Source: Proteromonas lacertae (Eukaryota). Taken from it: a stretch of DNA of 64,000 nucleotides. Below are positions 35,560-49,197 of this stretch, piece by piece. Location of the stretch: the NCBI GenBank assembly GCA_002245135.1, contig NGBS01000878.1:1-64000 (forward strand). Direction: 5' to 3'. The notes beneath the pieces are model-generated. The model did not search any database. It saw only the letters and a program-made list of their open reading frames with translations, and was not told the DNA's origin. Positions within the stretch are counted from its first letter, which is position 1. The number at the start of each line of letters is the position of its first letter. Made by a program: the position numbers and the translations under genes.

Positions 35560-36280
35560 TAAGATATAATTAATTTATCTAATTATTTGCTTTTAAAGTT
35601 AAATCAATTGGAATATCATCTCTATTTAGCAATACTTCTTCAATCTTTTTTCCTACTAACATCAAGTATAAATTCTATATTTTCAGCAGTAATACCGCAA
35701 TTATTTAAGAATTTACATTTTTAAAACTAATAGTATCTATACTATCATAAATAATGTAGTTTTTCAGTATTTTATACATGTCATCATCAATATCCCTAAT
35801 TGCAACACTTATAGTGGTGAATGAACCATCTTTCTCTATATATCCAAGAATGAAGCACATATCTTTATTTCATCATTTAATATGATAGGAATATTACATA
35901 TTGAACATACTATACTGTATATATCATTACTAAATAAGGATTTACTTTGAATTACCTCTTCCAAATCTCTCAAGTAATAATTTCTTTCCAATACGATAAA
36001 TTCACTACATTTTTTTATTTGATATACTTGAAAAGTATAAATGATAGAAATAAAACAATTTAACTAAAATGAGTTATCCTCTTGAAATTTTAATATCTAT
36101 TTTTCTTTTATTCCATACACATTTATTATATTAAACATTTTAATATCACTAACTTGTAGTGCAACAAATTCTACTTCACTAATACTCTTTTCTACTCTTT
36201 CTTTTATTTGCAATTGTATATTGTCATAAATACATTTGTATTATATAGCAACATTGAGGTTAATACATCATTTACAAACA
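35560..36280 (-). pseudogene. Possible decayed gene relic
   Basis: The minus strand reads as codon-like (VEKSISEVEFVALQVSDIK...) but has several in-frame TAA/TAG not clearly explained by introns. Confidence 0.25.
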
Positions 36281-36423
36281 ATTCATTTTTTCATAAAACA
36301 ATAAAACAAAGTAAATGAACATTTAATAGAATATAAAAATATAGTATTTCTAAACAACTAAATATGATAAAACTCAAAACTATACAAATGTAAATTATAC
36401 ACTCTATGAGGATGATACTATGA

Positions 36424-37423
36424 TCAATTACTAGAAGATGGCGGTAATAACACTTTATATGATGATGATTGGGTAGAGTTATATATTTCAGGCATTAGTG
36501 GTTGTTGTTGAGTTGGTTGATCGATATTCACTACATAACTACCTTTAGCTTGTTGTGGTTGTGGTTGGTTTTGAGGTAAAGGTGATGGTTGATTCATATT
36601 TATAGTATTTGTATTTGGAGGTGTTAAATCTACTGGAATTCCTTGAACTATGTTATAAAGTTGTTGTTGCTGATGCTGTGGTTGTTGTTGTAGCTGTTGA
36701 ATTTGAGCTAAAGGTATTCCACTCATTAATACACCATCAGTTGTAATAAAGTTAATCATTTCAATACCTCCTTGATTTGACAATCGATTTATATATGTAT
36801 TATTGAAATATGGATGATTGAAAAGACTTTTACCTTTAATAATTGAAATTAACTACATAATAGCAAAACATATAATATATACTGAAACAAAAATTATTAT
36901 TATAAATAATGAAATACTTACGTACAAGTATACATCAAAATTTTTATTCAAATAAAAATCACATATATCTCTATCGCTTATATCACCTTCTTCACATCTT
37001 CTTATTATATGTTCCTTTTCTGATGCTTTTATTGTCCACTTTATAATATAAAAAATCTAATCATAATAACGTATATTAGACAAATAATACTGACAGAACA
37101 ACTTCGCAAATACTGCATGACGTAAACTGTATATAAATAATAATGATTCATAATACAATATTCCATAATCCTTTTTCTTTATTGTTATAGCCAACAATAC
37201 CGCATATTGGAATTACAATTGATAGAAATGTTGATAAAACTGCCAGTTCAATAGCATAAGTAAAATAGGATATGATCATATTGGTTATAAACATTAACTA
37301 TTATAAAAATAAAAAAATACTGCTACTAAAATAGATAAACCTATTGACCATCTATATGTATTCTTCAAATCATCTGGTGGTTGTTGAGACTATAAATAAT
37401 AAATACAGCTATACTTCTTCCAT
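36424..37423 (-). CDS. Multi-exon membrane protein with Q/P-rich tail (paralogue 1)
   Basis: Micro-exon ATGGAAGAA and a 25-nt intron, then hydrophobic exons; the last exon GGIEMINFITTDGV...KVLLPPSSSN. Confidence 0.7.
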
Positions 37424-37644
37424 TAAAAACAAAAAAATAACAATTTGGGGAAATTTTGGTTGAAAATGTTTAAACAATTTCTGTTTTATCAGTTATACAG
37501 AGTAATTACTTCACTGATATAATTATATTTCATTTCATAACATGATATTCACACAAATAATTAACAAAACATAAAATTATAATATTTCCATACTATAAAA
37601 CAGATTATATTCTAACAAAGATGTTGATTTTAATGATATTCAAT

Positions 37645-38580
37645 TTAACTAGGGGATTTATTGTATTTTTCATTATTTGAAGGAGGTGGTAGTAGTACTT
37701 TTGATGAATCTGATTGACTAGAGTTATATACTTCAGGTATTAATGGTTGTGGATTAATATTAACTACATATGAATTTGGAGGGATTGGATCTGTAGGTAT
37801 AGCTTGAACTATATTATAAGGCTGTTGTGGTGGTAATTGTTGAGATGGTGAAGTAACTGGTATTCCACTCACAACTACACCATTAGCTGTAACAAATTGC
37901 ATCATTTCCATTCCTCCTTGATTTGTTGTATTTGATAATTGATCAATTGATATATAACCAAAATATGGATGATTAGTAATACTTCTTCCTTTATTACATG
38001 ATAAGAACTATTTATATAATAAGCTAATATATATATACTGAGAATATTATTATCATTATAGATAGGATTACACTTATATAGAAAAATACATAAAACCATT
38101 TACTACAATATAAATCACACAACTTAAATTTTGAATAATCTTCATCTCTTCTACATTTTTCTGCAGCATATTCTCGGAATAAAGACATTATTATCCAATT
38201 AAGAATATAAAAACTCTATAAAAATTATAGAAACATATTAATATACAGCTGCTACAATTTCACAGGCATTACAAAATGTAAACTACATTAAATAATATTA
38301 TATATATACAAATCCCCACAAACAACTATTTTTACTTCTTAAACTATAAACACCAAGTAAAGGGATAAATAATGATAATATTGAAGGTGGAAAAGAAAAA
38401 AAATCATCAGTCTTAGTATAGACTGAGATTATCAAATATATAACGAATGATAACTAACTTAAAATAAACTCATATACTGTAGTTAAAGCTGATAAACCTA
38501 TAGACCATTTGGATCTTATTTTAAAATCATCTGGTGGTTGTTGAGACTATAAATAATAAATACAGCTATACTTCTTCCAT
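37645..38580 (-). CDS. Multi-exon membrane protein with Q/P-rich tail (paralogue 2)
   Basis: Same start and first intron as paralogue 1; the last exon GGMEMMQFVTANGV...KVLLPPPSNN is clearly homologous. Confidence 0.7.
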
Positions 38581-38800
38581 TAAAAACAAAAAAATAACAA
38601 TTTGGGGAAATTTTGGTTGAAAATGTTTAAACAATTTCTGTTTTATCAGTTATTCAATGATTATAAACTATATTCATACATATATTGATTTATTTTGTTA
38701 TATTTTGTTTAAAATAGAAGGTTGTTTAGATGTCTATTTAGAGTGAAATTCATTTTAACAGAACAAAGCAAATACAATACATTATATATATCATTATTGT

Positions 38801-40445
38801 TTATAAAATAGGTTTACTGGATAATTTCTGGATTTTTTCTTTCACCTTCTGATACAACTTATAATCATCTTTTGCTCCTAGTAAATCCTCTCTCGTTGAA
38901 ACACTTCGGCCATTCTTCAATTCAAATTCTTCTTCATATTTCTTTAACCTTTCAGATATCTCTTTCTTCTGATTTATTAAATAATTGAATGTCTTTTTAT
39001 ATCTCATACATTGCTTCAAATGATCTCTATATACTTCTAATTTTCTTATAGGTAATCTATCTACACTTCCAGGCTATATAATATTATAAATTATATATAT
39101 ATATATATATACAGCACGATGATAATGTGCATAAAATACACTTTCATACTTATCTATTTCTTCATTTACTGATGTTTTCACTAACTCCATTTCTTTCATT
39201 TCCATTGATTTTAATTCATCATCTGTATAAAATGGAACATCACAATTTTCAATTGAATAACTAAATTTCTTTTTATTATTCGTATTACTATATTTTCTTA
39301 AACCATTTACTTGCTTGGAAGTACTTAAATGGTTTTGAATATTCAATGTTTTGACTATTTCGGATAGTTCAGGGTGTTGTTTTCTTACAATATAACCTCT
39401 ATATAAACATTGTATTTCAGTTGCAGCATTATCTATTCAAATATAAATTAAAAATTAAAATACTTGTGAGTGTTTTCTTTAATGAATTATATTGTCTATA
39501 AACATCTTTAATTGCGGAATAATCTCTTATTTTTTCAGGTTTATTTCCATATTCAGCTAAATAGATCTTTTCATATTCGTGAATTTGTTTCTTCAAGTGA
39601 TGATAATATTGTAATAGATCTCGAACTTCACTAATTCTACTCTTCTTTCCAGAAATATATATATAATAGAATGGTGAAATATTGCCTTGATAATCGATAA
39701 TTTCTTTCATTAAATGGGAGATTGTTTCATTGTGATGACATTTTATTGGTTTCTATTCATAAAAATAAAGACAAATCAATAAGATGATAATAAAACAAAA
39801 ACATACTTCAAATAATTCATCAAAATGATCTAGTAAATATTTTATGTACAATTTGATTGTTGGGATTCCTAACGAATGTTTTACACTCATAAATGCTCCT
39901 GATTTAGGTTTACAGATTATTGGGGCAAATTTGGTGATTAAACAATCACTATTTAAATCGTTATCTACTTTCTTAGAAGATAGTAATTTTATCATCTTCA
40001 ATATGGATTTCAGATATTCAAAACATCTATTATTATAATAAATACTTATTTATATAGAATTCATACCTTGGAGTCATGTGGCTTAAAAGATCTGACGTAG
40101 TATCTAATGTGGGAGCTACACTATTAAATATAATTAGATATACGAGATTTAGTTGTGCAATATTCGAAATCAATTAACGAACAAGGGAGAAGCTTTAGAA
40201 AATAGAGAAATACAGAAGCAACCATTCCTGGAGGACATTGATCTAACACAGACGTTATACCTGTTTATCTATTAACTACAATAATTATACCAGCTTCATA
40301 TTTTCTCATTACTTCTTGAATTTCTGAAGGATTTTCTTCTTCAAAGAATAACCTCGGATAAGTCTTGCCTAGTATATAGCGTTAGAAACAAAATACATCT
40401 CCCTGTCAAATACTTTATACATGTAGAGAACAGAGGGTTTATCAT
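38801..40445 (-). CDS. FAM13-like protein: degenerate RhoGAP domain plus C-terminal FAM13-type repeats
   Basis: INPLFSTCIKYL, YPRLFFEE, VASVFLYFLKLLPCSL and TKFAPIIC (RhoGAP-like). Repeats include LKKQIHEYEKIY...YGNKP...YRQYNSLK and LKKYEEEFELKNGR...YKLYQKVK. Confidence 0.75.
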
Positions 40446-40676
40446 TCAAAAATATAGACGTTTCAAGTATGTTGAGATTTATTTTTTATTACATCCCTAT
40501 TACAACACACTCTCTCATAGTGAAAATAATCAAAATATTTGTTAGATTGTATTATTGCACCTATCAAATAACATATTTAACTCATTCTATCACAAAATCA
40601 ATCAAAAATTATGCATTTGAATGTTATTTAGCCAACTACAACAGTTGTTAATATAATAAAATACATTAGGAATGCT

Positions 40677-41027
40677 CTACATTGATGTGTATTTAGTAAC
40701 TGCCTTTGTACCTTCTGATACAGCATGTTTTGATAATTCACCTGGTAATAATAGTCTAACTGATGTCTGAATTTCACGACTGGTTAATGTGGCTTTTCTG
40801 TTATATCTAGCTAAATGAACTGCTTCTTCAGCAAGTCTTTCAAAGGTATCGTTGACAAATGAATTCATAATTGACATAGCTCGCTTGCTAATACCAACAT
40901 CTGGATGCACCTGCTTTAAAACTTTGTATATATAGGATGAGTATGTCTCGATTCTCTTCTTCTTTCTATGAGCGTTATCAGACTTCTTTTTAGTGCTTTT
41001 CACACTCTTATTTGGAGTTTTTGCCAT
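40677..41027 (-). CDS. H2B: Histone H2B
   Basis: [21 protein letters not shown]...[30 protein letters not shown]. Confidence 0.98.
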   Translation of the reverse strand: MAKTPNKSVKSTKKKSDNAHRKKKRIETYSSYIYKVLKQVHPDVGISKRAMSIMNSFVNDTFERLAEEAVHLARYNRKATLTSREIQTSVRLLLPGELSKHAVSEGTKAVTKYTSM

Positions 41028-41209
41028 TTGCTAGAGTTATATAAGCAAGAATATATACGATTTTAAGCGCCAAACAACTGCCAATAACTTCTTTCTAAAT
41101 TCTAAAAGATCAAAAATCATTCTATTCAAATCCTGCGATTTGATTGGACTAAATAAAAAGCGCGCCAAAAGTGTTTTATTAATTCATTCTATTTCTCACT
41201 CTATAGTTA
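41028..41209. promoter_or_regulatory. Bidirectional H2B/H2A promoter with E2F-like and CCAAT elements
   Basis: GCGCCAAA at 41067-41074 and GCGCGCCAAAA at 41160-41170 (reverse complement of TTTGGCGC); CCAAT at 41081 and ATTGG at 41143. Confidence 0.65.
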
Positions 41210-41632
41210 ATGTCAGGTAAAGGTAAAGGAGGAAGAGGTGGTAAAACAAGTGGTAAGACCATTTCAAGATCATCCAAGGCTGGACTTACATTCCCTGTAG
41301 GAAGAATCGCTAGATTGATGAGAAATGAACATGTAGCTGATCGTATTGGTGCTGGTGCTCCAGTTTATTTGGCGGCTGTGATTGAGTATTTAACTGCTGA
41401 GATTCTTGAATTAGCAGGAAACTCAGCCAAAGATAGTAAAAAATCTAGAATTATTCCACGTAATATTCAATTAGCAATAAGAAATGATGAAGAATTCGCT
41501 AAATTGTTTAATAATGTGACTATTGCAGGAGGAGGTACTTTACAGATGATCCATCAAGAATTATTAGCAAAGGGAAGTAAAGCAGCAGCTGATAGTGATA
41601 ATGAAACTGGTTCTGCTTCACAAGCTTACTAA
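41210..41632 (+). CDS. H2AX: Histone H2A with C-terminal SQAY (H2A.X-type)
   Basis: [15 protein letters not shown]...[25 protein letters not shown], with a terminal SQ-x-Phi motif. Confidence 0.9.
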   Translation: MSGKGKGGRGGKTSGKTISRSSKAGLTFPVGRIARLMRNEHVADRIGAGAPVYLAAVIEYLTAEILELAGNSAKDSKKSRIIPRNIQLAIRNDEEFAKLFNNVTIAGGGTLQMIHQELLAKGSKAAADSDNETGSASQAY

Positions 41633-41751
41633 TTATTTATTTAAATCTTTTTCTCTACATTTTTAATGTATATTTTAGGTTTCCTCCCATACACACATAC
41701 TTTTAATATTAACATAATTAGTCATAATACCAAATTCTTCATAAGAATTGT

Positions 41752-43037
41752 TTAATTATTAATTTTGTTATTAACATTCTTTTTATTCTTATCTAAAACT
41801 ACATCAACACCAACAGCTTCACTAACATTTTTAAATCCATCCTTTTGTAATAATGTAGCTAATTCTAACCTTATATGTGGAATTAGACCAGGTCCAGCAT
41901 ATACCATACTTGTATACACTTCAATAGCAGATGCACCAGCTCTAATCTTCTCATATGCATCTTCAGGACCCATAATACCTCCAACTCCTATAATTGGTAT
42001 TTGACCATTAGTATATTTATACATATCCTTTATACATGCTGTAGAAAGTGGTCCTAATGGCTTTCCACTTAATCCGCCATTCTCATTCACTACTTTGTTG
42101 GTGATATAGGATGGTCTTGATATTGTAGTGTTGCTAACTATCATACCATCAATGCCAACGTTTAATACAACATCAGCTATATCTCTTCTCTCCTCATCGG
42201 TAAGATCTGGTGCAATTTTCACAAAAATTGGTGGTCTTTGTCTTCGTGTCCAATCCATTTCATTTCTAGTATTAATAACATCTGTTAGAAGTGTTGATAA
42301 TTGCTCTTTTCTTTGAAAACTTCTTAAACCAGGAGTATTTGGACTGGATATATTAATTACCATGAAATCACTATATGGAGCCATTCTGATCATACCAACT
42401 TTATAATCATCGCTGGTATTAGGTGACTTTTTATTTTTACCAATATTAACACCTAATATTGCTGTATGATTTGGACTAGTGTAAAAATTCTTTAATCTGT
42501 CCAACACTACAGTCTGTCCAACACTATTAAAACCAAATCGATTAATAACAGCCAAATGTTCAGGTATTCTGAACATTCTTGGCTTTGGATTGCCTGGTTG
42601 TGGTAATGGAGTAACTGTACCAACTTCAATAAAACCAAATCCCAATTTCATAAAAGATCCCATTGCTTCGGCATTCTTATCTAATCCTGCAGCTAAACCA
42701 ACACAATTGGGGAATCTTAAACCACAGATTGTTGTACGTAAGATATCATTTGGCGGATCAAAATAAATTGGTGCTATTAATATAAGATTATAATGATTGT
42801 CTATACTTAAATTAAACTTACCAAGAAGAACAGCCATTCTATGTGCTACTTCAGGATTCATCCATCTCAGAAAACCAACAGAACTATTAGATATCTTCCA
42901 ATACATTGGTAATTTACGAATTGCTTCACTAGTGGATGCCACTGTGATTCCAGCACAGATTCCTACGCCAACAGCCTAGTATAATGTATTGGATATAATA
43001 CAAAGTAGCCAAATCTTCTAGGCCAACTCATAGGCAT
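41752..43037 (-). CDS. DHODH: Dihydroorotate dehydrogenase, class 2 (quinone-dependent)
   Basis: GLAAGLDKNAE, GTVTPLPQPGNPKPRMFR, NISSPNTPGLR, VKIAPD and GGLSGKP. ATG43037 plus a 26-nt intron gives an N-terminal targeting/TM segment; a probable 33-nt in-frame intron lies near 42773-42805. Confidence 0.96.
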
Positions 43038-43173
43038 TTTTTTAATTTTCAATTACAAAAATATATTCGTTTCGTTAATTTAAAATTTCTTTATTAACCA
43101 CAAACAAATACGTTAAATTTCACAAAATGTTAAACAAGATGGAAAAGAAAAAGAATAGTAACTAAAATTAAGG

Positions 43174-46100
43174 TCAAAATATATTTTCATTTATATCATT
43201 TTCAACATCATCATAATATACTGGACACACAATTTCATAATTTTCAGGATTTGAATAGTGTGTCTGTAGTAAATTCATAAACCTCATATTGGAAATAGCA
43301 AATATTTGTTCATCTTGTACAATTTCATTGTGATTCTATCAATATATAAAGCATATAATAAATTATTATTATTATTATACAATTTGTGGAGTGGCAGTAG
43401 TAGTAACAGTGTGTTGATTAGTCAAAATCGCTATATATTTATTCACTTCCATCTTCCAAGCTTCTTCTATTTCATTCCTCCATATTAACTCGCTTACTTC
43501 AACACTTGCCCTTGCCCAACTCTTTTCAGCGGCTTTCTTACCTTCTTCCGCTAAACAATATACAGATTTAGGCTATATATATATATATATATAAAGAATA
43601 AAATATAAATATACCCTTCTATCTCCTGAATTAAAAATCATCGCATTATCAAATACTCTATAAAAATCATTCACAAATTCACCATAACTATCATAAGATC
43701 GATTTTCCAACTTCTTTCTTATTTCCTGTAGACAAATTGGTTGTCTAATGATTAATTCATAAGTTGGATATTGTTTAACATCTACAGGAGTAGTAAAATC
43801 TGTATAATTTGGATCTTTTAATAATGGTGAAATTATACCTTTCAATACAGGATATTGCATTATTTTTCTATTGATAATATCATCTTCTCGTCGTTTTAAC
43901 GATGCAATTGCTCTTTCAGAATCGTAATAATACACTTCCAATAATTCAGTAAAAAATCTCTTCAAATGTACAAATCTCTTTTTATGTTCGTTGATTTGAT
44001 CTTCTGAAGCTCCAATAGGTGGATTGTCTATATTATATTCGATAAAAGAGGAAATATCATCAATAAATCCAGATAAATTATCATCATAATATTTTGTCTC
44101 AAATAATTTGCCTAAATCACCAAATCTTTGGTTTTGACTGATTTTTTTCTATTATTAAAATAAAATATAAACATAAATAATAATAATTATAGAACATACA
44201 TTGAAAAATTGTGTTTCTGCAGATACATATGGATGATGTAATATCTTTTTATAACATTTATAACAATCTTTAATATGTTGACGTCTTTTATATGTTTCTT
44301 CATCCAACTATAAATAATAGATAAATAGATATTAAAATAAAGAATACTTTCTTTCGAGGGTTATGAATACCATCTTCAACTGTTCTTGATGAATATACAG
44401 GTCTTCCTTCATATCTATTCAACTCATTCTCTAAATCAAATTCCAACTGTTTTGCTGCATTATAAATCACTTTATTATAAATATCATCTTTATAAAATGT
44501 TTTGGCATTTGATATAACTAATCTAATTTGATTTACAAATTCATTAAAGGTTTTATATTTTCCATCATTATATTTCTCTATTATTGTCTTTAAATCAATT
44601 GGATTAGATATTTTCTTCCTATATTCTGCCCAATCTTCAGGAATCTTACACATAAATGGAATACACGCTTTATATGTATATTGTACTTCTTTTAATTTCT
44701 CTAATATATTTAATAGTTCAGATTCATTAGTTGTTTCTGTTTGATAGTATGGATGTGAGGTTTTATATTCTGCATCAAGTGATTGGAATGCTTCTTTCAA
44801 TGTCATCGCTGCTATTCTCATATTACTAATCGATTTAGATTCTTCAGTATAATAAGCTAAACAATTATCAAATATTAAATTTACATCTCTAGCAAAGATT
44901 GGATATAGTTTATATTTCCTCAATTGACTCACTAATAATTGGAAATTCATTGCACGTTTAACCACCGTCGAATAACCAGGTAAACTCATTAATTTATTAT
45001 TGGGAGCTTTAAATTCACGATAAGGACGAGTTGGAAATGATGAATCTTGTAATATCCTCAATATTCTATCACATTCTTCATATGGAAGTAAACCGTTATT
45101 TCTTCTATTATTTTTACGTGGTTTATTATTTAGATTATTATTAGTTGAAAAATATGAATTTGTTACACTGTTATTATTATTATTATTAGAATGATTATTA
45201 ATTTTCCTCTTTTTTGTATTTTCCAATACAGTTGCAAATATATCCGTTGAATTATTTGAATTATTTTTCCTTTTTGTTTTTTTATTATATTTTGTTGTTG
45301 TTGTTGTTGAAGTATCTTCTTCATCACTATCTTCATTACTTTCATCTTCTTCTTCTTCATCGTCATCATCATCATCATCATCATTCCGGTTTTTGTTCTT
45401 TTTCCTACTCTTACGTCTACTTTTATAACTATTATTATTGCTAGCAATATTATAATTATTTGTAACAGATATATTTTCACTAACATCATTTACATCTACA
45501 TCAATTGTGTCAATATCAATTCCATCATCATCATCATCAATATCATTAGATATTTTATAATCATTATTATTACCTTCTTTGTTTGCTTTATAATTCTTAT
45601 ACAAAGTATCAATCTCTTTCAATTGAATCTGTGAATATTTAATCCATTTCTTTGATTCTTTATTATTTTGTTCTGTAGTGTAATACTTTATACAATTCTG
45701 AAATACTAATTGATAATCATTGACAAATTCTTCAATTGAATGATATTTATTAAATGTCAACTTAAACTATTTATAAATTTAATAAATAATATATATATAC
45801 GATAATATCTTCAAAAAGTATTGGATTATGAACAATTGCCTTATAATTTGGCACTAATTCCAATATTGATTTATACATATAAGCAGATAACAATGAACTT
45901 TTATCAATTTTCTTACTATAGATCATTTCTACCCATTCAAAACATCTCCATTTCTCTTTAAATGATGTTATATTGTAATATAACTTAGTGTATAATTCTT
46001 CTTCAAATGATTGGAGGAATGTAATAGCTGTTCGCCTTAGCTTCGCTATTTCATTGGTATAAATTGTGTTGAAAAATAGACAGTTATATGTTATATAACT

Positions 46101-46801
46101 CATGTCTTCTATAAAATCTTGTAGTTTGGAGTATTGATTATTATATATTTTATACTATTCAAAAATATAAATAAAAATGAAAGAATGTGTATTTTTATAC
46201 TTCAATAGATTTAATACACACCGGCTTTTTTATTCTTTCGTAATATATTGTATTAGAACGTGGAACAAATGTACTAAAGTTACGAGAATATGATTTTTGA
46301 GATGACAAGGAATTGATAATTCTAATGCAAGCTATCTTCTGATCATAAGATAGTGATGGCTTCTATTTATATATTATACATATGAATTACTATAAAATAC
46401 AACTATATTTGAGTATATTGACTGTTCTTTTTGCTTTTCCAGACATATACGGTCGAATTTATCTAAACCTTTTAAAAAATATATTAATAATTGTTCATTG
46501 TGATTTGGAGAAGAATTTGAATAAGATTGAATTGCTGTGAGGAATATACGCCGTGTCTTCCTTATAAAATCATCTACATTGGGGAATAAGCAAGAGTCCA
46601 AAGTGCTTCCTAACCGGATCTACAGATAGACATACAATTAAATACTTGTATTTGTTTATAATCTAAAAGATGATATTTTGACCGACTAGAATCACTTTCT
46701 TCTTTTGCCGCCCTCCATTGAAAGAATGTGTCAAATTCTGGCGAGTTCCAATCAAATGCCATAAATATTTCACTTATAGCATTATAATTGCTCTCCTGCA
46801 T
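43174..46801 (-). CDS. Multi-bromodomain (polybromo-like) chromatin protein, multi-exon
   Basis: Repeated bromodomain signatures (Y...I..P..L..I...Y....F..D..LIF.NC..YN/Y) in at least six segments, with an acidic/Asn-rich linker. Confidence 0.85.
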
Positions 46802-46971
46802 GGCTAGAAAATCGACATAATTAAAATCAAGCCTCAAGCTGGTTTTAAATGATTTTTTTAAGACGATATTGAGATATTTATTCCCTCATTTTATATTATT
46901 GGTTCTTAAAACTACCATATCACCAAGTACACAAAATATTAAGGAATAAATAGAGAAAAATCTAAAAAATT

Positions 46972-47787
46972 TTACAAAAGACGACAATATAGTACATATA
47001 AACATGCTAAACAAAAGCAGCAATATCCAAAAACCAACATATATTTATCATATGTATGTTGTTGCTAAATAGATAACAATAATCAGTATATATACATCTA
47101 TAGTAGCCAATAATTTGTCAGCTCTTTTTATATGTCCACTTATTGAATTTAAGCTATTATGATTTCTCTAATTTATATTACATTATACATATACTCTAAT
47201 CATTTCGCTATCTTCTGTCATTACTTCTCCAATACTACTAAATTTTGATACTTGTTCTTTTATTATATCTCTTGTATTTTTTAATGCTTTGGTTATAAAC
47301 TTGGCTGATTCTACATCAGATTTATCATTCTTTATTCTCTTCTTCAAACCAGGAGCTAAAATTTATTATTGATAAATAATACTATCAAGCAATATATTAT
47401 GTTGGGCAGTATATGATTGTTTAAATCTCTCTTGAGCTTTAAGAATTGCTCTTCTTGAAGCAGCTCTTAAAGTTGACAATTCATCTTCATGAAATTTTAA
47501 TTGTTCTAATTTTTGCATTCTTTCTGATTCATTTGTTATCTGGTTTGCTAACTACTTTTCAATATATGAAATATTTATGTATACTATAGTATTATCATCA
47601 ATTCCTTCTTTCAGTTGTTTTTCTTTCGTTTTAATTTCAAATATCAATTCATCCAACTAAAGAATATATCTTCAAATTTGCATACTTCTTCTTTATCTTC
47701 TTCTACATCTCGCTTGAAATCAGTTTTAGTTAACTTATTGATTAAATCTTGATAATCATATTCATATTGAGTGAGAAAATCAGACAT
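46972..47787 (-). CDS. SEC20: Sec20/BNIP1-like SNARE, multi-exon
   Basis: ITKALKNTRDIIKEQV...ADKLL coiled coil followed by a C-terminal TM segment DKYMLVFGYCCFCLACLYVLYCRLL; absent from the ORF track because of its introns. Confidence 0.7.
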
Positions 47788-47861
47788 TTTCTAAAAAGAA
47801 CTTCAAACTTAAAGCTTGTATTCTTTTTTTTCGGTTTTAGTTTTTGAGACATATAGACTAC

Positions 47862-49046
47862 ATGAAAGGTAGAGATCCATGTATATCTATATTGATTATT
47901 ATTTTTTATTTAGATTACAAAGCTGATCCGAATAAGATGTATTAGTGTTACTCTATCTCAATAAATAGGAAAAGACCTAACGTGACAACACAATATCAAG
48001 ATAAAAATGCTCCATTAGTTCCATCTCCCTTAAATCATTCATCCTTATTTACTCCTGTCTCATCAACTCATAAAGTATATTATCTCAATACTGATTTATT
48101 AGTCACCAAAATATTATACAACTCAATCAAGAAGTTCTAGATCACATAGTGCAGGACCAGTTAAATTGTATATATATTTTTTTTCAATTAATCACAATAT
48201 TAATATTAATTTAGTAATGAACAAATTACAAAGAAACCTCGTTTCAAATCTGCAGATATGGTAAGTCGTGCTAGACCACCTACTAGACAACCAAACGCAT
48301 TTCCACTGGGATTAGAGTCTCATCGACTGGAAAATGACAGATTAAGTCCAATAACTGAAAGTAATTCAACTTCGCCCATTAGACCACCCTCTAGACATCA
48401 ATATGGAAGAAAAGATGATCATCACAAAAAATCTTCGTATAATCACTTCAATTTATTATGTTTGTAGATTTCCTTTAGAAGCTGATGAAGGATTACAGTC
48501 ACTTCCACTCTCTAGTAATATACCAGTACAAATATATAGATCAACACTGTCAGATACAAAGAATGACATAGGAGGAGGAGTATAATAGAATATATAATAT
48601 ATAAACTAATAAATATATAGTCTCATTCACCATTTCAAAACAGAGAAAGTGGTACAGCACCGCTTAATTACAATTATGACATAATTGACAACATATATGA
48701 AAATGGCTTACCACCCACACAGCAAAGACCCAGAGGAATGTCTGTAGAAGATTGGAAACAACTCCGAGAAACAGATCGAGAATTAGCTGAATGGGAACAA
48801 TCTTTACATAGTCGATTAACTACATCGAGTTTTAATGATAATAGAAATAGTCGTGCAATTACTCCATCATCGCAACAATCACAACAATGTAGTTCATTTA
48901 CAAGGATAAAGAGTCCTTTGACAAATCATTCAACACATCATTCTAAAAAGACTAATGATTGTGTAGAAAGTGATTTCTCATCAAGTAGTGAAGATGAACT
49001 TGTAACTACTTTAGATCCAACGTTTCTGGGTTTATTTGCAAAGTAA
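47862..49046 (+). CDS. Multi-exon Ser/Pro/Arg-rich hypothetical protein
   Basis: ATG47862 with short GT-AG introns linking ORF pieces 48258.., 48403.. and 48738..49046. Confidence 0.6.
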
Positions 49047-49197
49047 ATAATGTTTTTTTGTAAATTAAATTGATTTATATATATTTGATTCAATGCATTT
49101 ATTTATTCAAATAAACAAATTAATAATTTATAAAATAATCGATATATATTATTATAGAAAAATATATGTAATAATGAATTCTATAACAAATTTGTAT

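Noticed and set aside
46838..46889. In-frame ATG AGG GAA TAA upstream of the bromodomain gene as a readthrough start
   Set aside because: A simpler start exists at ATG46801; the short uORF is likely chance in AT-rich DNA.
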